A stretch of DNA of 25,724 bases from IMG/VR virus record IMGVR_UViG_3300032243_000057, positions 1 to 25,724 of that record, one strand, 5' to 3'. This stretch comes from a virus (Duplodnaviria; Caudoviricetes). This document shows, piece after piece, positions 1-7,315 of this stretch. The notes below the pieces were generated by a model. That model saw only the letters and a program-made list of their open reading frames with translations, made no database searches and had not been told where the DNA came from. How positions within the stretch are numbered: the stretch's first letter is position 1; the number at the start of each line of letters is the position of its first letter. The position numbers and the translations under genes were made by a program.

Positions 1-228
1 AACCCACCAGCATTTCCAAATGCTCATTACCACAACGTATCTGGCATGACCTTGCGTGACTACTTTGCGGCAAAGGCTATGCAAGGATATATTTCAGCAA
101 GGGGATGGCATCCTGACTTCACCTACCCAGCCGATTTCAATTTTGATGCTGGAAAGCGTGCCGCAAATGCAGTCTCTGTATCGGCATACAAATGGGCAGA
201 TGAAATGTTGAAAGCGAGGGAATCATGA
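1..228 (+). CDS. Conserved small phage protein, 5'-truncated by the window edge
   Basis: Frame is open from base 1 (NPPAFPNAHYHNVSG-MTLRDYFAAKAMQG...AYKWADEMLKARES). The PAFP...GMTLRDYFAAKAMQ...AY..AD.ML..R pattern is a recurrent phage hypothetical family. The stop overlaps the next ATG (ATGA, 225-228). Confidence 0.8.
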   Translation, partial: NPPAFPNAHYHNVSGMTLRDYFAAKAMQGYISARGWHPDFTYPADFNFDAGKRAANAVSVSAYKWADEMLKARES

Positions 229-444
229 CACAAGATGAAATATTTAATCTGGCAAGACAGGCTGGAGGACAAGTAACAGCGTGGGTCAATCACAGCACGA
301 CTCAAAAGACTACGACATTCACATTTGAGTCGCCGATTGATTACTACGTCAGCGGTGAGTACCCCGAAAAATACCACATCAAATTCTTGGAAAGGTTTGC
401 CGAGCTTTTAATTTCTAGAGGTGAAGCATGACACAAGATGAAAT
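224..444 (+). repeat. 18-nt direct repeat CATGACACAAGATGAAAT at 224-241 and 427-444, at two consecutive gene starts
   Basis: Exact match read from the sequence; each copy spans an ATGA stop/start junction. Confidence 0.9.
225..431 (+). CDS. Small hypothetical protein, MTQDEI...LERF family, copy 1
   Basis: ATGA-coupled at both ends, SD-like GAGG upstream; shares its N-terminus and LERF motif with the next ORF. Confidence 0.75.
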   Translation: MTQDEIFNLARQAGGQVTAWVNHSTTQKTTTFTFESPIDYYVSGEYPEKYHIKFLERFAELLISRGEA

Positions 445-682
445 CATTAAGATGGCTTGGGATTCTGGGGCGTATACGCATAGATTAACTATGTGGGGTT
501 TTAGTTTAGAAAACCTTGAACGCTTTACCAAACTGGTAGCCGCCAAAGCAATTGCAGAGTTGGAAAGCCAAGAGCCTGTCAAGTATGAGCATAAGGCATA
601 TACGATGCCAGTTTGCCCTAAATGCCGTTCATTCTTTTGTGACCATACTTGCAAAACCAACCTCAAGGAGAAGAACACATGA
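428..682 (+). CDS. Small hypothetical protein, MTQDEI...LERF family, copy 2, with C-terminal CxxC...CxHxC putative Zn-binding segment
   Basis: GAGGTG SD; ATGA coupling; motifs ESQEPV, VCPKCRSFFCDHTC and terminal LKEKNT. Confidence 0.75.
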   Translation: MTQDEIIKMAWDSGAYTHRLTMWGFSLENLERFTKLVAAKAIAELESQEPVKYEHKAYTMPVCPKCRSFFCDHTCKTNLKEKNT

Positions 683-864
683 TTGAAATCCACAACATCA
701 ATGGCAGACTTACGAAACGCAATGTTTGGTACACGACCGACGACTATGGAACGCTATGGCGGTTCGTTGTAACAGAGGGCGGTGTCCGCTTTTGGTGTGA
801 CGCAATACATGAAACATCGAGGATGAAGATTCTTGGATATACAGATTGGAGTAGACATGCTTGA
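679..864 (+). CDS. Hypothetical protein (start revised to ATG 679)
   Basis: AAGGAG SD at 665-670 and ATGA overlap with the upstream stop (679-682). Confidence 0.65.
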   Translation: MIEIHNINGRLTKRNVWYTTDDYGTLWRFVVTEGGVRFWCDAIHETSRMKILGYTDWSRHA

Positions 865-1015
865 AGCAATCAGAACATTCTTTGGTAAATTACGCAGGCG
901 AGGCAGTGTGGTTGTCGAGCAAGGAACGCTTTGGCGATGCACCAAATGTCATTTAATTTTTTTAACCAAACTAACAGGAGAACAGCATGATTGTCAAAAC
1001 AGTTACGGAAAATGA
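857..1015 (+). CDS. Small putative zinc-finger protein (C-x2-C-x3-F-x8-H-x-C); start revised to ATG 857
   Basis: GGAG SD at 848-851; sequence WRCTKCHLIFLTKLTGEQHDC. Confidence 0.6.
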   Translation: MLEAIRTFFGKLRRRGSVVVEQGTLWRCTKCHLIFLTKLTGEQHDCQNSYGK

Positions 1016-1163
1016 AGATGGGACAGCAACAATAATTTGCGAGTTCACGCAGGCAGAAATACGTGCGTGTGTTGAAGTTGGGTTTTTAAGGTTGCTTGAA
1101 GAGTATTTGAAAAAGAACGCACCATTCCATGAAGGAACTATCGATGCCAAGACCGCAGAGTGA
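987..1163 (+). CDS. 58-aa hypothetical protein missing from the ORF track
   Basis: AGGAG SD at 976-980, ATG 987, TGA 1161-1163; translates MIVKTVTENEDGTATIICEFTQAEIRACVEVGFLRLLEEYLKKNAPFHEGTIDAKTAE and fills the gap in the + strand gene chain. Confidence 0.7.
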   Translation: MIVKTVTENEDGTATIICEFTQAEIRACVEVGFLRLLEEYLKKNAPFHEGTIDAKTAE

Positions 1164-1320
1164 GTTAACAAGAGACAGCAAACACATAGGTGCTCGACTA
1201 ACTAAATCACATTTTGAAGAATGGAAACGCTTGGGCGGTGCCAAGTGGTTACGTCAAGAGCTATCAAACAAAATAAGGGAGAGAAGAGATGGACAAACAC
1301 CTCAACGGAACACGGGCTGA
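1144..1320 (+). CDS. Putative ribbon-helix-helix (Arc-like) DNA-binding protein
   Basis: Basic MPRP N-terminus, strand-like HIGARLT, then helices HFEEWKRLGG-AKWLRQEL; AAGGA SD before ATG 1144. The fold call is inference. Confidence 0.55.
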   Translation: MPRPQSELTRDSKHIGARLTKSHFEEWKRLGGAKWLRQELSNKIRERRDGQTPQRNTG

Positions 1321-1552
1321 CGACTTGCAGATCAGCGGCAACCATTACAAAGAGATGGCAGTACAGCCTTGGGAACTCATGGAGTCAGTGCTGACACACG
1401 AGGAGTTCGTTGGCTACCTCAAGGGCAACGCCATCAAGTACGCACTGCGTGCTGGACGCAAGGATGGTAGTGATGACTTGGGCAAGTGCAGACACTACAT
1501 GATGAAACTGGCGGAGGTACAAGATGGCGTTAACACCGGAAGCGAAAGTTAA
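1289..1552 (+). CDS. DUF3310 family protein (SaV-like / T7 gp1.7 nucleotide-kinase-like)
   Basis: Signature HY....QP.E...GYLKGNAIKYALRAGRK....DL.K..HY. Confidence 0.85.
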   Translation: MDKHLNGTRADDLQISGNHYKEMAVQPWELMESVLTHEEFVGYLKGNAIKYALRAGRKDGSDDLGKCRHYMMKLAEVQDGVNTGSES

Positions 1553-1826
1553 AAAGAAGGTCAAGGAGATACTTGACCAGATGGGGGTGTATCACTTCTC
1601 ACCTATGCAAAACGGCATGGGCAGGGCTGGCATACCTGACATCATCGGCTGCCTTGAGGGGCAGTTCCTTGGTATTGAATGCAAGGCAGGAAAGGGGACG
1701 ACAACAGCTTTGCAAGAACGTGAGCTAACCAGAATACAAAACGCAGGGGGCTACGCCCTTGTCGTGAACGAAGAAAACATTAACCAACTGTGGGAGATTA
1801 AAGAATGGCTGACGAACAAACAATAG
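1524..1826 (+). CDS. VRR-NUC domain PD-(D/E)XK nuclease (Holliday-junction resolvase-like)
   Basis: TPEAKV...GIPDII...F.GIECKAGKG..TALQ...I..AGG motifs; GGAGG SD. Confidence 0.88.
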   Translation: MALTPEAKVKKKVKEILDQMGVYHFSPMQNGMGRAGIPDIIGCLEGQFLGIECKAGKGTTTALQERELTRIQNAGGYALVVNEENINQLWEIKEWLTNKQ

Positions 1827-2074
1827 AAGCGCGGCTGGCGCTGATGGACGACGACGAGAAGCAACACTTCAAGATGGTGGTGCTGGCGCTAATCTCATGC
1901 TATGGCCCCGATGCAAACAAAGCTGTGCTGATGATTAAGATTGGAGAAGAACTGTCAGGACTTACAACGCTGAACTGTGATGAGATGGAGGCCTCAGATA
2001 TGTTGATGGAAGTCAACAGTTTTTTCGGATTCTTAAACACTATGGACGCTCCCCCCAAGGAGGCATTTAATTGA
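1805..2074 (+). CDS. Hypothetical acidic protein upstream of the polymerase
   Basis: GGGAG SD; its stop overlaps the polymerase TTG start; plausible composition. Confidence 0.7.
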   Translation: MADEQTIEARLALMDDDEKQHFKMVVLALISCYGPDANKAVLMIKIGEELSGLTTLNCDEMEASDMLMEVNSFFGFLNTMDAPPKEAFN

Positions 2075-4038
2075 CTAAACCATTTGACCGCATCATCACC
2101 ATTGATTTTGAAACTCGGTGGGACAGCAAAGACTACACACTATCAAAGATGACAACAGAGGAGTACATACGTGATAAAAGGTTCATATCTTTCGGCGCTT
2201 GTATCCATGAGTTCGGAAGCGCAGAGGACACTAGATGGGTTAGAGGAACGGACTTACCTGAATACTTTTCTGGAGTCGACTGGGGACGAACCGCAGTGCT
2301 TGCGCACAACGCACAGTTCGATGTATCCATTATGGAGTGGGTCTACGGAGCACGACCAGCCTTCATCTTCGACACACTATCAATGGCGAGAGCTTTGCGC
2401 GGTGTGGAAGTTGGAAACTCCTTGGCTAAACTCGCCAGCGACTTCTCTTTGCAGGAGAAGGGTCAGGCCGTTCACTCGACTAATGGACTCACTGAACTTT
2501 CCGAAGACCTTGAGCGGGAACTCGCTGCATACTGTGCGCATGATGTGTTTTTGTGTGAGGAGATATTCAAGCGATTGGGGGAGGGTTATCCAAAGTCAGA
2601 ACTCAGACTGATCGACATGACGCTCAAGATGTACACACGACCACAGCTTGAGCTTGACCAACAGATGCTTATCAAAGCACTCACAGAAGAAGGAGAACTG
2701 CGTGAAGGACTACTACAAAGGCTTGGCATACAAGAGAGTGAGCTTGCGTCGAACCCTAAGTTTGCTGACATACTTCAAAGCCTCGGGGTTACTCCCCCGA
2801 CTAAGGTCAGTAAAACTACCGGCAAAGAAACACTTGCACTGGCAAAGAATGATGCCCTTTTCCAAGCGTTACTTAATGGTGAACGTGAGGACGTTGCCCT
2901 CCTTTGTGAGGCACGCCTTAAAGTTAAATCCACGACCGAGCGCACACGCGCACAGCGATTCCTTGACATTAGTCAACGCGGCAAACTACCGGTTCCGCTA
3001 TCGTATTACGGTGCTCTCTCGGGTCGCTGGACAGCGGCGAAAGGTTCAGCAATCAACATGCAAAACCTCAAGCGCGGAAGTTTCTTACGTAAAGCGATTA
3101 TGGCTCCCGATGGCTACCAACTCGTCGTGGGCGATCTCTCGCAGATTGAGCCGCGAGTCCTTGCGTGGCTTGCAGACTATACAGATATGCTTGACATCTT
3201 CCGCGCTGGCGGTGACCCTTACGCCGCGTTCGGCGCTCAGATGTTCAACATACCGAACCTCACTAAAGATTCGCACCCTGATCTCAGGCAGTCGGCAAAG
3301 AGCGCGTTACTTGGGTGTGGCTATGGACTGGGTTGGGCTTCGTTTGCATCCCAACTTCTGACTGGCTTTTTGGGTGCGCCGCCAGTCCGCTACGACAAAG
3401 CCTTTGCCAAAACACTGGGAGTCGATCAAGCCTATGCCCAGAACTTCGTGGACTGGGATGACAACGTGACCAAGATGATGGACATACCGCACACCTGTAC
3501 ACGGCAGGAGCTGTTGATCCATTGCCTTGCCGCCAAGAAGATCATTGACATCTACCGCGCCACTGCCCACCCCGTTGCTACCTTCTGGGACATGTGCTCA
3601 CAGCTTATCGAGGACAGTTTGTTTGGGGGTAGGGTATACCAGCATAAGTGTTTGACATTCAGCAAAGAGCGTATAGAATTGCCAAACGGGATGAGCTTGC
3701 TCTACCCCAATCTCAGACGCACGAAAGATGATAAAGGTAGGAGCCAGTGGGTATACGGGCCAAATGCTACCAAGCTGTATGCAGGGAAGGTTACCAATAA
3801 CGTTACGCAGGCCGTAGCGCGTATTGTCATGACCGATGGAATGTTGAGGGTAACGAAGAAGTACCCCGTGGTTGGCACAGTGCACGATGAACAGATTGTG
3901 TTGGTGCCTGATGAGGAAGTCGCTGACGCTAAGACTTGGGTCTTGGAGCAGATGACACTGGAGCCGAAGTACATGCCGGGGATACCTCTGGCCGCTGACG
4001 GTGGTGCACACCGTAGATATGGAGAAGCAAAGCAATGA
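2071..4038 (+). CDS. polA: Phage family A DNA polymerase with 3'-5' exonuclease domain (Leu762 type)
   Basis: ExoI IDFET, ExoII HNAQFD, ExoIII YCAHD; motif A DLSQIEPRVLA, motif B RQSAKSALLGCGYG, motif C VHDE; AAGGAGG SD before the TTG start. Confidence 0.95.
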   Translation: MTKPFDRIITIDFETRWDSKDYTLSKMTTEEYIRDKRFISFGACIHEFGSAEDTRWVRGTDLPEYFSGVDWGRTAVLAHNAQFDVSIMEWVYGARPAFIFDTLSMARALRGVEVGNSLAKLASDFSLQEKGQAVHSTNGLTELSEDLERELAAYCAHDVFLCEEIFKRLGEGYPKSELRLIDMTLKMYTRPQLELDQQMLIKALTEEGELREGLLQRLGIQESELASNPKFADILQSLGVTPPTKVSKTTGKETLALAKNDALFQALLNGEREDVALLCEARLKVKSTTERTRAQRFLDISQRGKLPVPLSYYGALSGRWTAAKGSAINMQNLKRGSFLRKAIMAPDGYQLVVGDLSQIEPRVLAWLADYTDMLDIFRAGGDPYAAFGAQMFNIPNLTKDSHPDLRQSAKSALLGCGYGLGWASFASQLLTGFLGAPPVRYDKAFAKTLGVDQAYAQNFVDWDDNVTKMMDIPHTCTRQELLIHCLAAKKIIDIYRATAHPVATFWDMCSQLIEDSLFGGRVYQHKCLTFSKERIELPNGMSLLYPNLRRTKDDKGRSQWVYGPNATKLYAGKVTNNVTQAVARIVMTDGMLRVTKKYPVVGTVHDEQIVLVPDEEVADAKTWVLEQMTLEPKYMPGIPLAADGGAHRRYGEAKQ

Positions 4039-4355
4039 CAGTAAAAATGAAACAACCAATACCCAGACGCATTCGCATTGGGCAGAAGCAGTATTCGATT
4101 GAAGTGGTCGAAGCTCTACTGGACAAACGCTTGGCTGGTGAGACCAACTACCACGAGCGGTTGATACAGGTGGGTATGCGCAACGGCAGAACAGGCCGCT
4201 TGTTCAACCCAACCTTTGTACATGACACGTTCTGGCATGAGCTTGTGCACGCCATCCTTGACGACATGGACGAAGACAAACTCAACCGCAACGAGAAGTT
4301 TGTTACCGCGTTTGCCGCACGGCTGGCGCAAGCAATACGCACAGCGAGGTTCTAA
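4035..4355 (+). CDS. Small HExxH (zincin-like) putative metallopeptidase
   Basis: TFWHELVHAIL with a downstream E (NEKFV); ATGA overlap with the polymerase stop. Confidence 0.65.
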   Translation: MTVKMKQPIPRRIRIGQKQYSIEVVEALLDKRLAGETNYHERLIQVGMRNGRTGRLFNPTFVHDTFWHELVHAILDDMDEDKLNRNEKFVTAFAARLAQAIRTARF

Positions 4356-5020
4356 TGAAACAAGTAACGTGGAGTCACAGTGCCCTGAAAGACTTTGAAG
4401 GATGCCCACGCAGGTATCACGAAGTCAAAGTTCTTAACAACTATGCTTTTCAGGAAACTGAGGCTACATATTACGGAAAAGAGTTTCACATTGCCGCTGA
4501 AGTTTATATACGGGATGGCGTACCGCTACCACCACAATTTTCTTACGCACAAGAAGTTCTGGATGCGTTGCTGGCCAAGCCGGGCAGGAAGCTGTGCGAG
4601 TACGAGATGGGTATTACGCCTGACCTCCAGCCGTGTAGCTTCAACGACAAGGGTAGATGGGTACGAGGCATCGCTGACTTACTAATCATTGATGACGAGA
4701 ACTTGACCGCCACTGTCGTGGACTACAAGACGGGCAACAACAAGTACCCTGACCTTGACCAGCTAAAGCTGATGTCGATGATGGTGTTCAAACACTTCCC
4801 GCACATACGCCGAGTCAAGTCAGCATTGCTGTTCGTGGTCAAGAATGATATGGTTAAGCACAGCATGGCGCTCGACGATGCCGATGCTGAGTGGTGGAAG
4901 TATCGTGAGCGTGTAGCTAAATTAGAGCAGTGCCATAACACAGGTGTGTGGAACCCCAAGTCCTCCGCGTTGTGCCCGTGGTGTCCAGTTAAAACGTGTG
5001 AGTACAACCCGAAACATTAG
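4355..5020 (+). CDS. Cas4/RecB-like PD-(D/E)XK exonuclease with predicted Fe-S cysteines
   Basis: WSHS.L..FEGCP N-terminus, GIADLL, VVDYKTG, C-terminal CPWCPVKTC. Confidence 0.88.
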   Translation: MKQVTWSHSALKDFEGCPRRYHEVKVLNNYAFQETEATYYGKEFHIAAEVYIRDGVPLPPQFSYAQEVLDALLAKPGRKLCEYEMGITPDLQPCSFNDKGRWVRGIADLLIIDDENLTATVVDYKTGNNKYPDLDQLKLMSMMVFKHFPHIRRVKSALLFVVKNDMVKHSMALDDADAEWWKYRERVAKLEQCHNTGVWNPKSSALCPWCPVKTCEYNPKH

Positions 5021-5029
5021 GAGTGTGTC

Positions 5030-5260
5030 ATGGCAAGAAACTATGCAAAAGAATACGAGAACTATCAAGGCAAGCCTGAGCAAATCAAGAAGACAGGCGA
5101 GCGCGTCAAAGCAAGGCGCATGATGGTCAAGGCAGGCAAGGCAACAAAGGGGGACGGCAAAGACGTGGATCACGTCAAGCCCATCCGTAGCGGAGGAACA
5201 ACTACTATAAACAATCTTCGCATGCGCAGTCGCAGTTCAAACCGAAGCGACAACAAATAA
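5030..5260 (+). CDS. Minimal HNH-type endonuclease
   Basis: DVDHVKP...GG....NNL......N (H-N-N variant); AGGAG SD. Confidence 0.75.
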   Translation: MARNYAKEYENYQGKPEQIKKTGERVKARRMMVKAGKATKGDGKDVDHVKPIRSGGTTTINNLRMRSRSSNRSDNK

Positions 5261-5275
5261 AACAACGGAGAAGCA

Positions 5276-6835
5276 ATGGAAATCCTTGAAGACAAGGCAC
5301 TAGTATTCAGAACCAGAAATCCAGATAAGTACAGCATCATCCCAAAGCACAAAGTCATGGAACGCGATGACGGTGGGTTTGATGTTGCTGTCTATTGGGG
5401 ACTCGATGAATGTAGGGTGCTACGCAACCTCGGGGTGAAGGACGTTCCCTCACCTATCACACGCAAATACAAATGGCCGGGCAGGTATAAGCCCATGCAA
5501 CATCAGATTGAGACGGCAGCGTTTCTGACGATGCACCGCAAAGCGTTTGTGTTTTCCGAACCCGGCACTGGCAAAACACTTGCCGCACTGTGGGCGGCTG
5601 ACTACTTGATGCAGATCAAGCATGTACGTAGAGTTTTAATTCTGTGCCCACTATCCATCATGCAGTCTGCATGGTTGGCTGACCTGAGTAACAGCATCAT
5701 CCATCGCTCTGCCATCGTCGCGCACCACACCCAAGCTAGTCGGCGTATAGAAATGATTCAACAAGACTACGAGTTTGTTATCGCTAACTACGAAGGACTG
5801 AACTTGATAGCCGATGAGATCAACGCTGATGGTCGCTTTGATCTGGTGATTGTGGATGAGGCAAACGCATACAAGACAGTGACGACTAAACGTTGGAAGT
5901 CATTGAAGGCAATCATCAAACCCAACACACACGTATGGATGATGACTGGTACTCCAGCATCGCAGTCACCAGCAGATGCGTATGGCTTGGCCAAGATCGT
6001 GAACCCCGAAGGCGTACCAAACTTCTACACATCATGGCGCGACAAAGTGATGAACAAAATCACGCTGTACAAATGGGCACCAAAACATAACGCCGCCGAG
6101 TTGGTACACGAGGCACTGCAACCCGCAATCAGATTTACCAAAGCGCAATGCCTTGACTTGCCACCAGTACTGACCACAACACGCGAAGTACCACTGACAC
6201 CACAGCAAGCCAAGTACTACAACCTACTGAAAGATCGCATGCTGGTGCAAGCCGCAGGCGAGACGATCAGCGCAGTCAATGCTGCCGCTGGTGTATCCAA
6301 GTTGTTGCAAATCAGTTGCGGCGCTGTCTACACAGATGACAAGGAGGTTATTGAGTTCGATGCCGCCCCACGCTTGGGTGTGCTGGAAGAGATACTGGAT
6401 GAGACAGACCGCAAGGTCATCATCTTTGCGTTGTTCCGTTCAAGCATCGACAGCATCCAGACACATCTGACAAAGAAGCACATTCCCAACGAGTGCATAC
6501 ACGGTGGAGTCACACCAAATAAACGTGCCGACATCATCCACAGATTTCAGCACGACAAAGAACCAAGGGTGTTGGTAATGCAGCCACAAGCTACGGCACA
6601 CGGGATTACCCTGACTGCCGCTGACACCGTGGTATTTTTTGGGCCATTGATGAGCGTGGAGCAGTACATCCAGTGCATTGCACGGGCTGACCGCAAGGGA
6701 CAGAACTCAGACAAAGTTACTGTTATCCACATCCAAGGCTCACCGATTGAAAAGAAAATGTTCAAAGCATTGGAGGCTAAGGTAAGTGATAACTCACTTC
6801 TTACCCAGATGTTTGAGATAGAAATAAATTCTTGA
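5276..6835 (+). CDS. SNF2-like superfamily 2 helicase
   Basis: Walker A EPGTGKT, Ia LCPLS, II IVDEAN, III MTGTP, V HGITLTAAD, VI QCIARADRKGQ. Confidence 0.92.
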   Translation: MEILEDKALVFRTRNPDKYSIIPKHKVMERDDGGFDVAVYWGLDECRVLRNLGVKDVPSPITRKYKWPGRYKPMQHQIETAAFLTMHRKAFVFSEPGTGKTLAALWAADYLMQIKHVRRVLILCPLSIMQSAWLADLSNSIIHRSAIVAHHTQASRRIEMIQQDYEFVIANYEGLNLIADEINADGRFDLVIVDEANAYKTVTTKRWKSLKAIIKPNTHVWMMTGTPASQSPADAYGLAKIVNPEGVPNFYTSWRDKVMNKITLYKWAPKHNAAELVHEALQPAIRFTKAQCLDLPPVLTTTREVPLTPQQAKYYNLLKDRMLVQAAGETISAVNAAAGVSKLLQISCGAVYTDDKEVIEFDAAPRLGVLEEILDETDRKVIIFALFRSSIDSIQTHLTKKHIPNECIHGGVTPNKRADIIHRFQHDKEPRVLVMQPQATAHGITLTAADTVVFFGPLMSVEQYIQCIARADRKGQNSDKVTVIHIQGSPIEKKMFKALEAKVSDNSLLTQMFEIEINS

Positions 6836-6841
6836 AAGGAG

Positions 6842-6869
6842 TTGCAAACTTAAATTTATTGTGTACACT
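6842..6869 (+). promoter_or_regulatory. Putative sigma70-type promoter (-35 TTGCAA, 16-nt AT-rich spacer, -10 TACACT)
   Basis: Lies in one of only two sizeable intergenic gaps of the + arm, upstream of a strong AGGAG SD. Confidence 0.55.
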
Positions 6870-6884
6870 GTCCAACCTTAGACA
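6869..6884. promoter_or_regulatory. Operator-like imperfect palindrome TGTCCAA-CC-TTAGACA over the predicted transcription start
   Basis: 6 of 7 positions in the arms are complementary; directly abuts the -10 box. Confidence 0.5.
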
Positions 6885-6903
6885 AACAAAACAGGAGAAG
6901 TAA

Positions 6904-7308
6904 ATGGACGAACAACAAGTCCCGTTCGATAAATTGGTGAAGGTCTATCGCAAAATCAAAGCGGAGATCGACACACTGACACAAGAGTACGACACCAAGG
7001 TGGAGTTACTTAAAGCGCAACAAGATGAAATCAAGTTCGCTATCAAAGACCAGATGAAGGCACTTGGTGTCTCATCTGTCAAAAGTCCTTTTGGGACTGT
7101 ATCCATGCGTACCTCGACTACGTACACAACAAACGACTGGTCATCGTTCAAGGACTTTGTTCTTGAGCATGGCGCTGTTGACTTGCTGTTCAAACGTATT
7201 GCGCAGGCAAACATGGCACAGTTTCTAGAAGAAAACCCGGGGGTTGTACCTCCGGGGCTGAACTCGACAACGGAATACACCGTAGTCGTATCCAAACCAA
7301 CCAAGTGA
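6904..7308 (+). CDS. Conserved phage replication-module protein with N-terminal coiled coil
   Basis: Heptad-rich N-half, then FGTV...DW..F..FV......DLL.KRI......FLEENP...PPGL, a pattern typical of genes preceding phage SSBs. Confidence 0.75.
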   Translation: MDEQQVPFDKLVKVYRKIKAEIDTLTQEYDTKVELLKAQQDEIKFAIKDQMKALGVSSVKSPFGTVSMRTSTTYTTNDWSSFKDFVLEHGAVDLLFKRIAQANMAQFLEENPGVVPPGLNSTTEYTVVVSKPTK

Positions 7309-7315
7309 GTTTTAT

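Noticed and set aside
2648-3361. 237-aa alternative-frame ORF inside the polymerase (also 2171-2611)
   Set aside because: TTG start without a clear SD, Arg/Ser/Leu-rich off-frame composition, wholly nested in a well-supported gene.
3328-3528. Intein or intron in the polymerase
   Set aside because: The insert is short and in frame and lacks C/S...HN-C/S/T splice junctions or homing nuclease motifs.
4355-5020. Cas4-like gene as evidence of a CRISPR system
   Set aside because: No repeat-spacer array or other cas genes seen; solo Cas4-like nucleases are common in phage replication modules.
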